NCBI RefSeq assembly: GCF_009914755.1
Contig: NC_060934.1
Strand: one strand, 5' to 3'
Source: the human T2T-CHM13v2.0 reference genome, Homo sapiens
Length of the DNA stretch: 64,000 bases
The translations under genes were made by a program, and so were the position numbers. Positions 49,926 through 64,000 of this stretch are shown in pieces. The notes under the pieces are model-generated. The model did not search any database, was not told the origin of the DNA, and saw nothing but the letters and a program-made list of their open reading frames with translations. Each line of letters starts with the position of its first letter. The first letter of the stretch is position 1.

Positions 49926-50299
49926 CACCATGCAAGCTGCTTCAGCTGGTTCCATCCATTCCTCCGCTGGGGTCCTCAGGCCCTGCCCTCCTGTTGGCCC
50001 AGCCCAGGCCCTGCCCTCCTATTGGCCCCTCCCAGGCCCTACCCTCCTGTTGGCCCTGCCCCATGTGGGGCACTGCCCCTGCATGCTGGTGTAGGCAGCC
50101 TGGCTCCAGAACCTGTCCCCTACAGGCACTGCTGTAACCACAACTATATCCCCTGGTGGAGGCATTTCACCTCTGGGCACCAACACTTTTACACCTTCAG
50201 AGCCTCCAGTGGTGAGACGAGAAGCACGAATGTCCTGGTTTGGTCATTAGAAGTGGTGTTGAGTGGAGCCACCGCTACGCTCATCTGTTGTGTCTGCGT

Positions 50300-51750
50300 C
50301 TCTTGAGAGGGCATTGATTTAGGATGAGGATTGCATCTTGGTGGATGATGCTCCCTTCTCATAGGAAGAATCTGAGCTGATGCCTCACCTGCACCTTCCA
50401 GAGGCCATTCTCAGGCTCTCCAAGGCTGAGGCCTTCTAGGTCTTCTAGTGATGCAGGGCAGAGTGCAGGATGTGACAGGACCCGTGGGTGCCTGGGTCAT
50501 GGGCCCACTGCCACACCTTCTTCATTGTAGGATGAGACAGGACCCGTGGGTGCCTGGGTCACGGGCCCACTGCCACACCTCCTTTGTTATAAAGTCAGTC
50601 TCTTGGTGGAGTGAGGTCATAAGTGGGACCCTAACTTGGAGGATAAAGCTCTCTATGCATCCTCGCATACCAGCACTACGCAAAGCCCTATAGGCATAGG
50701 CAGACCAGGTAAACCCACATCCAGGATATGTGTTGATTCTAGCCAGGGTGAATCACTGTCCTTTAAGATGGAAGAGGCTCAGTGTATCAATCTGATACCA
50801 AGTTCCTGGTTGGTTTTTTCAGGGGATGATGCTGTACAAGGAGCTCAGTATTGGTTTTTATTGCTGGCAGTTTAGACATCAGGCAGCATCCATAGCTGGA
50901 TTAGCTGTAATAAACAAAGGCCCAAGCTGTTGGGCCCAGGAATAAGCTCCGTCACTGTTGCCTTGCCTATCTGCTCATATGTCCGCTTGCCAGCACAGGT
51001 GTGGCCATTCTGCCAATTACTAGCCAAGCTATTCTGCCCATTTGTCTGTTGAGTGGATGCTCCCTGATGGATGCCAGCTTGCAAGACAAGAGGCTCACAC
51101 TCTATGTCCACTCCTGGAGCCCCATCTACCCATCTATATGCTGCTGTCCCACTCCTCTCGTCCTCAGCCTTCTACACTTTGTCTTTCCAGGATCCCAGGC
51201 AACCAGTCAGGCCATTTGCCAGTGCTTGTAATTGTGCATATATTCTTGACTTAGGCTACTCCTCTCTCTGCTCAAAGTGTATGAGCAGGTTAATTCCCAG
51301 AGTTCTACCCAGTGGGAGACCGTTCAGCCCAGTGCTACAAATGGAGCTGCTACGTGGCTGAGTATCTGGTAGTTCAGGGTCTTCTATCATGAGTTAGCCA
51401 AGTGTTGTGGGGCTCAGTTTCGTAGATTAAGTAGGTACATAGTGGTGACCACTATCCCTGCATTCTTTAAGCCTTTGATAGTGGCAATAATCTCCAACAT
51501 TCCCTCCAGAGATGCAGTCTTGTTTTTTGCTGTTGTGATTTGGTTTGGTTTGTTTATTTTTTTTATTCCATTGGACAGAAAGAAGGATACTTGGGAGTTG
51601 GGGGACTGCCCACGGTCAAGACGTTTCCACTTGGCCCCCCAAATTATGATAGTTCCTATTCCACAGGTCATGGAACAAATATGAGAGTTCTCCACCTACC
51701 GATTCCAATCAATTTCAATGATAGATTCTGGGATGGGTAAAGTGGATGCC
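50300..51750 (-). mobile_element. Degraded ERVL (class III) internal pol fragments
   Basis: - strand translation NSHICSMTCGIGTIIIWGAKWKRL...EIIATIKGLKNAGIVV resembles the ERV-L RT N-terminus (GKAKWKPL...EISATIKDLKDAGVV); integrase/RNaseH-like DNA downstream; many stops and deletions; boundaries approximate. Confidence 0.7.
50467..50582. repeat. 62-bp tandem duplication within the ERVL relic
   Basis: aggatg(t/a)gacaggacccgtgggtgcctgggtca(t/c)gggcccactgccacacct at 50467 and 50529. Confidence 0.92.
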
Positions 51751-51771
51751 AGTGAGTGCAGCATCAGCTAC

Positions 51772-51923
51772 GCCTGGGACGGGACTCCAGCACCGCCCTC
51801 CCCGACAGGCTCCCTACAGCAGGGGCCATGGTGGGCCTTTGGGCATCTGGATCAGCGATGCCTAGGACAGGACTCTGGCCCCACTCTGCCTGACAGGCTC
51901 CCTACAGCAGGGGCCATGGTGGG
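51772..51923. repeat. 88-bp-period duplication
   Basis: gacaggctccctacagcaggggccatggtggg present twice, 88 bp apart, with similar upstream sequence. Confidence 0.9.
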
Positions 51924-52249
51924 GATCAGGGTCAACGCAGACCCTGTGTCCAGCATCTCCAAAGGGCTATCAGGGGCTCCTTCCTGGGTGCGTGTTTGTG
52001 TAGGTAAGAGGTCGTGGGCTTTTCTAGGAAACTAATGAGAAAACGATTACCAAGCATATCTGACACCGTATTTTAGGAAACGTTCATAGGAACCTGCAGC
52101 CTAAACTTCATCCAGTGGGTTTTGGATCTCCGAACTAGTTCTGAGACCGACACTGGAAAACAGACTCTGTGACTTTAGAGGGGTGACCACCATGGCACCT
52201 TTTTCTCACTGGTTTTTCTCTCCCTTTACTTCGGGCAGTGTCTATTGCC

Positions 52250-53340
52250 CCCAGATTCACTGCTATTTTCTTCTGTGGTGTCTAATCTGCTATGAAGCCT
52301 GTCGAGTGAATTTTTAATTGTAGACATTGTATTTTCCAGCTCTGGACACATCACTTCACTTTATCCCTTTCTCATCTCATATGTTCCTGTTTTTCTCGGG
52401 ATCTTTGAACATATTTCTAATAGTCTCAGTAAAGTTTTCATTTGCCGATTCCATCAACTCTTTCATTTCTGAGTCTGTTTTTTAATGGTTTTTTCTCTTC
52501 ATTATAAGTTACATTTTCCTGCATCTTTGCATATCTCATAATTTTAAAAATATTAAACACTGGGTATTTTGAAAGTGACATTACTGCCTGTCTGGATTTT
52601 GTTTTCTTTTCCGGAGGTGTTGGCTTCTGCTCTGGCAGGCAGTTAAGTTACCTCCAGGTCAACGCGATCCACAGAGGCTCTCTTTGGAATGTGCCGGGCG
52701 GGGTATAGACTAGTGTGTTCCTCTCCTCGAGCAACCCTCTTCCTCTCTGAGCGTCACCCTTCTTGCTTTCCGACTGAATGCTGAGGCTCAGCAAAGCATC
52801 TTCATTTCAGATGAACAGAACTGCAATGCGACTCCCTGGTGAGAGCTCTGGAAGTTGCTCCTTTTCGTGGAGACTTGTGGACACTTGCTCTTTCCCTGAT
52901 AGCTGGCCTTTGCCTGGCCTCCTGTGGTCTCATCCTACACACACAGAAAACTTCACATTTGCTGCGATGCAGGTTTTTGGAGCTCTGCCCTATTACAACT
53001 CCCCCCTCTTCAAGAATCTCCCCTGGGAAGTTTAGCCACCTCAGCCTCCCTGCATCCCCACTTCCGTGTCTTCAGCTCCATCCGAATGCTTTGTACTGGG
53101 CCAATTCTCCCTTCCGGTGCAGTCTTCTAGAAAATCCCTCCAGGCGGAAAGCCAGGGCATTCCCAGGGCGTGGGGCTCCCCTGACTGGGGTCACAGCCTT
53201 GCCCCCTTATCTGGGGTCACAGCCTTGCCCTGCCTGTTGTCCAGTGTCTGGAAACAGATGCTCATGCATTTTGTCTGATTTGCTAGTTGTTTACTGCAGG
53301 AGAGCAAGTTCTGTATGAGTGACTTCATAATGGGCAGAAA
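52250..53340 (-). mobile_element. Old L1M fragments
   Basis: tgtctaatctgctatgaagcc...gaatttttaattgtagacattgtattttccagctct; ctggcaggcagttaagttac; tgtccagtgtctggaaacag. Confidence 0.55.
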
Positions 53341-53430
53341 CAGAAGTCCCAGGCTGGAGCTGTTCCCTCGATATTGTCCCTCTTCCAGGAAGGGGAGAGA
53401 CACTGAAGAGCATCGCGTCATCTTGTGAGG

Positions 53431-53777
53431 CAGCGGTCCCCAACCATTTTGGTCCCAGCGATAGGTTTCGTGGAAGACAATTTTTCCACAGAACTGGCAG
53501 AGTGAGGGTGGGATGGTTTCAGGATGAAACTGTTCCACCTCAGATCATCAGGCACTAGATTCTCATAAGGAGCATGCAACCTAGATCCCTCCCATACACA
53601 GTTCACAATAGTGCTCAGGCGCCTATGAGACTCTAAGGCCGCTGCTGATCGCTGATGGGACAGGAGGCGGAGCTCAGGCAGTACCACTGGCTCATGCTCA
53701 CCTCCTGCTGTGTGGCCTGGGTTCCTAGTAGGCCACGGACCAGGACCAGTCCATGGCCCGAGGGTTGAAGACCCCTG
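53431..53777. mobile_element. MER1B (hAT-Charlie), full length
   Basis: TIRs cagcggtccccaacc ... ggttgaagacccctg; 8-bp TSD ttgtgagg/ttataagg (6/8); core ggatgaaactgttccacctcagatcatcaggc. Confidence 0.9.
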
Positions 53778-56700
53778 TTATAAGGCACCTATTTCACTTG
53801 TGGTCTTTGAATTATCTTTATCTTCCAAAACAATGAGACATGGAGTCATTCTTTCAGACACAGCAGGGGTCAGTGTGGGGCAGGGAGGGGGACATGGTGG
53901 ATTCGTGGCTGTCAGTTACATCTACATGTACGGTCCCACTCCACGTCTCAGGTTCTGCCCCTCCCCAGCAGGGCCTGGCCCTGGCTCAGGAGAGCAGCCC
54001 CAGCTGCAGACGCCCCTCCTCTGAATCCCTGGAGATCTTCTCCTAAGTCCTGAGCTCATCCTTTGCTCAGCTCCGTCCATCCAGCTGCAGGTGATTGCGT
54101 TTACTTCCATGCTGCCCCGGGGCCTCTGCATTCAGCCTTAAGGTGGTGCTTAGTCCCCCAGAGATTCCCTCTTTTTGAGTGAATCAAAGGCTCCCAGCTG
54201 CAGCTGCCATTTCAAAGTCTGCACAGCCTTGACGGTTGTCATTTTCCTCACCGTAGCACGTGACTCCCCTTCAACTCTCATACTATTCTCATCACTGACA
54301 GTAAACGCTGTAACAAGTGTGCATTACAGCATGTCAGGAGGGGTCCGTACCCTGTACCCATCAGTATAAAGTCCCAGTCAGCACCATTTGGAGGAAGGTC
54401 CACCTCTCAAATCCCCTCCTACAGTCTTCTTTCTAGGACAACTCCCAGGGTGAAGTTAGCAGCATCTTACACTGGGTTCTCTGAAATAGACTGAGTTGGA
54501 GAGTCTCCTGCACAGGGCTTATTCCATGGGAGAGTGGGTGAGGGGCACAAGGGGGAGGAGCGTCCAAAGCTCTCTGCAGTGGGACAGTAGCAGGGCTGGT
54601 CTCCAACTGACCTCAGGGCCCACAGCATCCCCATTCTGTGCCCTTCTTATGAAAGAGTAGGGCCCCGTCCTTTGCCCGGCTCCTCACGTCCAGGAGCCTT
54701 GCCTCCGAACCCCAGATCTGGGCTGCTGGGGAGCCCTTGGGCTCAGTGACACTGTGGCCCTGGACCCTGCTTCCGGGGCCAGCTTTCTAACAGCAACTAC
54801 AGTCTTTGCCTGAATGCACGTGGCTAAGATGAAAGATTCTAGGCCTTTTCTGAGGAATGGCACCGAAAATGGAACCATGGACAGGGGCAGGAGCTGAGCA
54901 GGGCTGGGGAGGCGCAGTGGGACCCTGCCTTGTCCTGAGGTCACATTGCATGGCTGAGATGAAGCCAACATCACAGGAGGCAAATGACCCCAGGCCCATC
55001 TCCAATTCTTCATTGGCCCTAACAGAACAGACAGAAGAGAGAAGCACAAGCAGTTCTGAGGGATGAGCACTGGAGACCTGGGGCCTGGCCGGGCTCCCTT
55101 GGGCAGTCTGCTCCCATCTCAGTGTGGGCTGTCAGCAGCAACCAGCACTGCAGCCTGGGAAGCGTGGACTTTCAAAATAGAGCCCTGGAAGGAGGGGCCA
55201 GGGCAGGTGGGGAGTGAAGGTTTTTCCCTTCCCATTTGCAGACATGGGAAGCCTAGACTTGCTTTGCAGGGGCTGGAGCAGCTGAGTCTGGGCAGCTGCC
55301 CAAGTTTTGGCCAGAACATCGGGTCAAGGCCGCTCCCTGATCCCTCTGCCTTTGCTATTTACTGAGCCCATCACTCATGTTTAGGCGACCTTGTTTTCTC
55401 AGATTACAGCTGGAACCAGTGACTTGAAGGGCCAGAACACCCTAATCAAGGACAGGGAAGGCATCCCTGTTGTGGTTGAGAGGAAAAGTGGCCCCTGGGC
55501 TGAACACCCAGGAAGTGAGTGGTCTTAAATTCCTGAGCACACACACACAACCCAATGGACACTTCCGTGCTTAAAACAAGAGCTAAGGCATTCGAAGCAC
55601 CTGGGCTGTGAATGCCGGCACATCAGGCAGGGCCCAATGAAGCTCAAAGGGGATGCACACGGCGGGCGTGGCCTCTCCTGGGATAATCAGCTTGGTGGTT
55701 GCTACTGGGGAGGGGTGCGTGCTCTTCCTACCTCACCCTGCAACAACAGACACAGTCAGCCTCCCCACTCATAGACCAAGGAGCAGAGGCTTGGAGAGGG
55801 CAGCTGAACTGCCCGGCAGTGCAGGACGGAGCACGGTCAGTGTGCAGACAGCAGGGTGGAGGGGTGTGAGCCCAGAGTGGGCACCTCCTCCTCCAGCCAT
55901 GTTCCCCTGGGCTCCCTGAACTCTTCCTCATTATGAAGCTGGAAAAACCCCAACTCTGAGGACGTAGCCCCTCCTCCACCCCTTCAGGATACACCTTCAC
56001 TGCCGGGGTTACCTGGCCATTGCCCACGTTCTCCGGAGCTGCAGTGTGAGGCAGAGCTTCTGTCTGGCTCTCCTGGCAAGCCAAGGAAAAAGGGAATCAG
56101 ACATGCAGTCAAATATCGGGGCGGGGAGGAAGGAAGACACATTTTTCATTCCTGCAGCACAACATCTGTCTTTTCTTCTTTTGAATATAAGACGTTTTCA
56201 TCTGAGAAAAGTCTAGGTATTGAGAAGACCTATGGACCTGCATTTAAGTATTCCCAGCACCGCTGCCTTTGGCTCAGGAAAGCGTCAGTGGGTCCTCTCT
56301 CTGTTTAGAAACTGGAAGCAGTGGCGCCCTGCTCCTAGGCTGTCATCCACCCGGCAGCAAAGCCTTGACTATAGGCACATCGTAAAACTTCAAAAGAACA
56401 TTCCCATCCCATCTCGTAAGCCGGGACTTTTGCAAAGGTCACGTAATAAATCTACCCAAACTATGGCCTGATTTCCTGACTTTTATTGGAGTTACAAATG
56501 AATGACCAATATCTGTGAGAAAATTCTTTTTATCTAGACAGATGTTTCTTTCAACAGTTAAATATGCAAGCCAGAAGGGGGGCATTTTCTCTGAACACAT
56601 GAGGTAAATAACACGAAGGAAGTTCTATATGTCACTTCTAGACATCAAGGCTGTCTCAGCTTGGTAGTCTTAATCATTTTCAGAACCTGAAAATTAAACT

Positions 56701-57260
56701 ATAGCTTGCTTAATTAACATAAATTTGGAATGAATAAACATTAATTTGGGCATATTTAAGTTTGCTCACCATGGGTATAATGTTGGCTGTTACCAAGCAA
56801 TTTTCTCACCAGAATTCCATTACTGCCTCTTCACATGCTAGCTATTCTTGTATTTGTTTTCTTTCTGTAGAATTTGATTACAGCAAGTGTCTACAATGGT
56901 AAATGGAGATGCTGTGGAGAGGCTGCAGCAGATGACAACAGTTCTCAACCTGCGCAGGTTCTCATTGACAGACGGCCCCAGCTCCGCACACCTCCCCGGA
57001 CCTGGTCCATCCATTCAGATGGCACGGCCTATACCGCCACCCCAATGTTGGCTTTGGCCACACCACCCACAGCCAACTCCCTGGAGCAGGAGACTTTGTG
57101 CGTGGCTGCTGTCCGAAGCTGAAGAAGCAATGCATATGTGGGAGACCTAACTGTCTGAGTGTGGCAGGGATGGAAGGACTGGGAAACCCAGAGGAACAAA
57201 GGGTCTGTAGTGAGAGGGCCTTCCTCTTCTGGGGAAAGAAGCCACTCCCAGCCCCATTAG

Positions 57261-57667
<407 letters not shown>

Positions 57668-57727
57668 TGGAATGGTTGTTTCTACTTCAAGTTCCGGCTT
57701 CACCCAACTTCAACTTTCCCTTATACA

Positions 57728-57730
<3 letters not shown>

Positions 57731-57768
<38 letters not shown>
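57731..57768. repeat. (GA)n microsatellite
   Basis: Directly visible. Confidence 0.95.
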
Positions 57769-57769
<1 letters not shown>

Positions 57770-60700
57770 CATTGCCAAAAATGTGATCCTTACAAAATGT
57801 CATCAGAATACGGAAAATTATTTAGATATCAATTCCACTTTATTTTTTCCATATTATCCACATTGAAAAATTGGGGCTTCAGCCAGAGAAATTCAGGAAG
57901 GGATCAGAAAGGAGGAGAAATGTGGCCTGAGCAAAGGCACTAACCACAGTCACTAAAGACAAGAACCTCCCTCAAGCCTCTCGGCTTTTCCTTTGCTTTG
58001 GAAGAAGGATCTGGAAGGTTGAACAAGGAACTCACTCAACCCAGAGTCACACACCTGAGACCAGAGGGTGCACACGGCCCACAGCTCAGTTCATTAGACC
58101 TCAGGATTTCTCCACTGTGAATGAGTTGTCCACATTTATAAGCTGAGCACATTCACACAGGAAAATCTGGACTTCCAGTTTGGTTCAGTTTGCATCTTAC
58201 ATGGTAGTCCCATTCCCATGGGGCGGCTATCTGGGCCCTGGATTTCATAACTACTGATCTCATCCCCTCTTCTCACTCTCCAGACAGGAGTGTAGAGCAC
58301 AGAGAGCTCCTCCCAGGACTCGGGACGCCACCCCTTGCTCCCTCTTGGCTCCTTCCTGGCCTCAGCTCCTGCCATACCCCTGGGCTTTCACTCTCAGCTC
58401 TGCCTTGGTCTGCTCAGCCGTGTCCCTCTGGCACCTGGAGAGCCAGCACAGGGCATCCAGTCTTCAGTTCACCCCTAGAGAGCAGCCCCACGTCACGCAA
58501 AGGAGAGGTGGGTGGCAGGGCCGGGGTGACGATGAAGGCCCAGGGTGGAGATAGAGCCAGGGACGCGAGCTCATCCTGGTGGGGGAGGCACAGAGCAGCT
58601 CACATGAAAAGGTCTCCTTCCACCTCCTGAGTGGGTCTCTTCTCTCTAGACGAATATGAGTCCTTTTAACTCCGTGGAACTGGCCACTAACATACAAGTC
58701 TGGGATTTCCAGGCCAGTAGATTCCCACCAGAGCAGAACATTTGTGATTTTGAAATTTAACTTTGGAGGAAATACTTATCATTGGTTGAGAGAAGAGGTC
58801 ATCTGTGATGCTGAGATGGAGCTGTGAGAATGTAAAGAGCCAGGTGACAATCCAGCCCCCTCACCAGGTCCGGAGACAATTCTGGGGGCAAAGGCACAAG
58901 AGGGCCGATGGAGGATGGGGGTTTTGGTGGACACTGCAGCGGACCTGCTGGAGGGAGCTTCCCCTACACGTGCTTCTCATTACTGCGAAAGCAGAACGTT
59001 CTCTGGACATAGTCCCATGAGTGCGATCTGGCATCCACCCATCCAAGCGACCAGGCGAGACTTGGAAGCAGGGGCAGAGCCCAGGCCACACTCGAGCTGC
59101 AGATGGTCTCCTGGCAAGTGCGGTTGTTAGAAGCATGTGATTCCCCCACGGCCAGCACCACTGCGTCTGGTCATTAGTTCTCTGGCTGTGACAAGGAAGG
59201 TGGATCCTAACAGCACCATTCTCCGCCTCCATGGAGGAAGCTTGAGCTGAGGATTCCTGACACGCTTCTTCAGGGAGCCATGTGATTCTCAACTCCGATC
59301 CCCAGAAGTAACCTCAACTAAATCCCTTTCTGTTAAACTAGTTGAGAAAACTCAGATTAAATAATGAAGATCAAACCCGTTTTTCACTCCAATGGACACC
59401 AACACCAAAAATGCAGAAAACAAGTAGAGTGACCCAGATTGTGAGGACGCTTCAGGCCTTTCTTTTTCATTTGTTATTCCTAAGCCACCATTTCTACTTC
59501 TTTCCCAAAAAACATCTCCATTCACCCCAGAACTTGAGCTTATCTAAGGAAGACACGGGCCCTATTGCAATTTGTCATACTTCCACAGATTTTTCTCATT
59601 GTTTTCCCTGGATTTCACATACAGAAAACATTTTAAGTTAAGGAATATATGTATTTTTTCTATCAAAAAGTGTGAAAACTCCTTAAACTAGATGGGAAGA
59701 TATTTAATAAGCTGATATTCAGAAATGTTGGCAAAAGTTCACTTTTACTGGAATTGCAGGTGGCAGGTGTGATTCCTCTTCTGAAGCCTCCTGTGTGCTG
59801 GGTCTCATGCCACTGCCTGCCTTATGGTGACAGCACGCCGTCCCACCTGCTCAAGACCCCACCTCCCTCGTGGAGGGTCTGCACCTGTGCCTCCAGCTTC
59901 AAATGCGGAGCTTTCATCTAGTCTCCAAAATATTATAGGGCACAATAGTATCCCTTAGAGAAGGAACAACTGTAGAATGTCATAACCATCCCTCTGCCAT
60001 TTCACCGAGGACAACCCGCTTAGTGTCTGGTTGTCTGGACCACCCCACGATGCTCAGCAGGGTGGTAAAAGGTGGAATCAGCACCCAGCTCTCCCACTCC
60101 ACAACCGCCGTCGCTCATGCTGGATGAACCAACAGCTGCTTCTTTGCTAATGAGCTCTAAGTAAAAAGAAATTTATCTCCGCGGCTGCCACTGGTGACTT
60201 GGCTGGTTGCCTGTGGCCATTGCACGGAGAAGTCGGGCGCTGTAGGAGTGGGTCTTTAAGTGTCTCTTGCTTTCTCGTGCAGCCTGCATAATTTCCTGTG
60301 TGTAAGTATATTTTGAAACTAGAAAATCATTAACCCTACATATAATTAAATGCCCTTCATTTTAATGGCTAGAATTGATTTTTTTTAATGTTTGCTAACA
60401 GATTTGGAAATGGTGGCATGAAATATGTTAAGGAACCTTTATCTCAGCAAATCTAACTTTAAAAATGGTCTTTACCAGAGGCAGAACCCAGATCACACAG
60501 AGGAAAGAGCGCGTAGTCCTGTGGTAAAACCCATGAGAGGATCCCAGCAGTGAGCACACCTGCCCCTCTTTCTTCAAAGTTCCTGCAAAGATGAAAATCA
60601 CTCTCGAGTTAAGGGACTGGCTGTTCCCTCTGGGCATGCTGGGCATTTACTCTGCATTGGGCATGGTGCCAGACAAGGGGCACAAAGCGGAGAGCTGGGG

Positions 60701-61875
60701 CCAGCTGCATAGACAGACCTCACCTAGCGTGGGTTGGAAAGGCTTGCTTGGGGAGGGAACACGAAGGCTGAGCCCTGAATTATGCAACCTTCTGTGAAAA
60801 GACAAAAGTAACAAGCATCCTAGGCAAGGGGAACAGAAAGGACAAAAGCCCAGAGGCAAGAAGGAGTGCGGAACCCTCCCGGGAGCTAGAGAAGGGCTGT
60901 GTGCTGGGACAGCATGGAGCAGCAAGGCAGGGGACAGGAGCTGGGGCTGGGAGGGGGGCAAGTTCAGGCTGCACCCCAGCCCTGGTCACGGCCGTGGCTA
61001 TGAACCGGAAGAGCCAAATGAATATTTACAGCCAGGGATGCCAGGATTTGTGAACGGAAAGCTCTCCTGGGCTATGTTGAGAAGGGCGGCGGAAGAGGAG
61101 CAAGAATGAAAGCACAGACCGTGCTGGGAAGGCGCTGCCAGGGCCCAGGTGAGGGATGCGCCGTGCTGGCTTGAAGCATGAAGGCAGCAGTGAAATAGGG
61201 TGGCATATGATATAGAAAACGTCAGTGGGAGTTACCTCCTTTGTCCGAACCTGGGGAATGCATGACAAGAAAGCATCACACCTGCTCCTAGGTCTGGGTC
61301 TTCAGATGAGGCCAACCAGGGTGGGAACCTGCTGGGAGGCAGCGGGTGTCGGGAGGCTCTGGAACACATGGGCAGGGTTGCCTCGGAGAGGACTGGGCTG
61401 GAGAGCTAAGCCTGCAAACCTCCAGTGTCCAGCAGGGGCCAAGGCCATGTGGCCAAGGGAGACCCCATCCTGAGAGTGCACAGAGGGGAGAGGGCTGCCA
61501 GGCTGGGAGCTCAGAGTGCTCACAGGGTGGTCTCTGGGGGTCAGGGACCCTGCAGAAGAGAAGGGCCACATCCTGTGTGGTGGATGCCTGGGGGATGCCC
61601 CTGGATCTGAGGAACGTGTGTCTAGAAAGGCAGGAGGGTCACCCAGACAGAGGCTGAGGAGGGGCTAGAGCCCACCTGGCTGCAGGGAAGACTTCCTGAT
61701 ATGGATACGAGCCGTTTCCCAGCACAGCAGAGCCAGGAAATGATCAAAACGGGGCAGTGCCTGCTTGTCTCTATAAGAACCGAAAATCTGGCCTGGGCAT
61801 TAGTCTTGTCAGGACCTGGAATCTGGGCTAGAGAGATTCATTCTCCTGGTTAGCTCACATCTAAAACAAGAGAAA

Positions 61876-62190
61876 GGCTGGGCACCATGGCTCATGCCTT
61901 TGATGCCAAAGCTTTGGGAGGCTGAGGCAGGAGGATCACTTGAGCTCAGGAACTTGAGACCAGCCTGGGAAACATGGGGAGATTTTGTCTCTACCAAAAA
62001 CTAAAAAAAAAAAAAAAGCAAAACGGGGTGTGGTGGTGCACGCCTGTCATACCCACTACTCAGGAGGCTGAGGGAGAAGATCAGTTGAGTACGGGAGACT
62101 GAGGCTGCAGTGAGCTATAATTGCACCACTGCGCTCCAGCCTGGACAAAAGAGCAAGACTCTGTCTCAAAAAATAAATAAAATACAATAG
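61876..62190 (+). mobile_element. AluJ
   Basis: Alu dimer, ggatcacttgagctcaggaacttgag, gaggctgcagtgagcta. Confidence 0.92.
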
Positions 62191-64000
62191 AATAGGGAAT
62201 GATATTTGCTAAAGTGCTACCATTGTTTAAATAAACATATTAAAATTAGATAAAGATGTAAAAGTGTTGTGAAAAGGAAAACATTTCTGTTACTGGATGA
62301 CATTATCAAACTAAGCACTTGTGTGTGGCTCTGTCTACTTGAATACACAGGATATTGATTATCAAAAATTATCCAATCACGTTAAAAATAAAGCCAAGAA
62401 TGTCAAAGCGTATTACTCCAGAAAAGCTTGCACACCAGGGGTGAGACGTCCAGGGCTTAGAACAGGGTGACTCAGTTTACTTCTGGTCCTGAAGACCCCT
62501 GCTCAGCTGCAGGAATTGTGAGCCCCTTGCTGAAGGGGGGTGGGATGCCCGCTGGTGCCTCCACCCTTTGAAGAAGCTCCAGAAACCTCAGCACTGACAG
62601 AGATTGCAATGAGAGGAGACTGAGCAGGTGGGGATTAACTAGGGGGGATGACAGGCACACAGGCAGGTGTAGGGACGTAATGAGGACAATTGCAGCAGCC
62701 GCCAAGGAGGGAGACGAGAGGCCGCGGCTGGTCCGGGCTGCTTGTTGGAATCAGGCAGCTGAGGAGCTGCAGCCTGGAGCTGCGTGAACAGGGCTGGAGC
62801 TTGTCTCACACATTCTCTCTTTCTAGTCCCTGCACTGGAGCAGGTGCTGAATAGATACCTACTGAGGGAATAAATCATATCCTCCTCTAACATAAGAGAA
62901 ATATCCTGTCACGCACAACCTTAGCCTTGAAGTCTCCAAGTTTCTTAAAATTAGGTAACACAAAACTCGGAGTTCTGGAGTCCTGAGCAAGCATCAGGCG
63001 TGAGCCAGGCTGTGTCCTCAGCTTCCAGGGAGAGTTGCCAGTGCCCTGATTTTTCATCTGGGAAAACTGAGGTCCAGAGAGGTCAAGTCTTCCTGGTAAC
63101 TGGCGGTAACCTGGTATGTGGCAGCACAGAGGGAAGCCTCTGTGGGAACCGACTTAGTTTTGTTAAATTTCACAAGATTTTGAAAAAGCATAAGCTCTAT
63201 TTCTATTTCTCTATTTTCAAGGCAGAAAGATGGAAACTGACAAAAATATAAGGGAGCAGAGAGTGCACCATTTTGATCCAACCCAAATGCCTAGAAGCAA
63301 GATATGAAGAATGGCCAGGGCTCTGCAGGTCGGCCCGCTCAGCTGCTCAGCCATGCCCCAGTTTCAGATAACAGAGCCCATAAGCTTGCCCAGCTGAGGC
63401 CGATCACCTCCTCCCTGGACCCCACAGCAATCACATGGTGTGGCTGTCCCTGTCAACGTCTGAGAACCCAAAGCTCCGAAAGGCTTTGGACTTACCAGGT
63501 GGGCCTCTTGCTGAATCTCAAAGTGTCCTTGGCCCTGGATGGGGATCATCCCCCCAGGACCCCCGGGCTGCCTGCAACACTCTTGTCCCAACAGTCTGGA
63601 CAGCAGGTGTCTGGCTCCTGCAGTGGGAGTTGGAGTCAGTATGATCTTCCTTTGAGCGGGGACATTTTCAGGAAGGCCCTGAGCTAGGTGAATGAGGGCC
63701 GTGTGTGGCCTGCGCATAGCGTCCCAGGTCCCCTCTCTGCCACCATCTTAGAGGAAGGGCTCTGAAGCCGGGGGTCGTTGGCCAACGAAGGATGGAAAAG
63801 CCCATTGTGAAAATGGCAGCCCTCATGCAGAGTGGGGGCTGGGGAGGGGGTGTTTCCTGGTGAACTTGTAAGAATTCTGAAAGGTGCTGGCCGTGGAAGG
63901 GAAAACTCAGATGCAGAATTGACAGTGGGCAAATTTGAACCAATAAACCTTCTGTTTATGTTAGGGCAGTTGTAAGTTGTATAAATGTGGAAACAATATG

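Noticed and set aside
51414-51695. ORF with reverse-transcriptase-like residues as a functional gene
   Set aside because: Short, interrupted relic of ERVL pol with no intact catalytic region visible.
58800-59345. Possible old ERVL-type LTR
   Set aside because: Only the 3' motif (aaatccctttctgttaaactag) is suggestive; too diverged to assign by eye.

Overview
Primate, almost certainly human, non-coding genomic DNA. It contains AluJ/S/Y, old L1, L2/MIR, MaLR and ERVL LTRs, an ERV1 solo LTR and MER DNA transposons. It is GC-rich and dense in minisatellites, as expected of a distal (subtelomeric-type) intron or intergenic region. I could not support any protein-coding exon, RNA gene or named locus; the listed ORFs look like artefacts of repeats or base composition. 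Repeat families were assigned from recalled consensus sequences, so subfamily names need RepeatMasker/Dfam confirmation. The most interesting structure is local self-copying of DNA: (1) a 217-bp inverted copy (3176-3392) of the right end of a 59-bp x ~19 VNTR, flanked by a 9-bp direct repeat and containing exactly one repeat unit; (2) a ~320-bp direct copy (17607-17931 of 19087-19404), also flanked by a 9-bp direct repeat; (3) a 1.5-kb polypurine 12-mer array with 264-bp and 168-bp higher-order duplications; (4) more than a dozen short tandem duplications. Atypical retroinsertions are also present: a 40-bp Alu with a perfect 17-bp TSD, a 5'-inverted L1PB, and an Alu arm with a 5' poly-A. I found no evidence of a new gene-level system.
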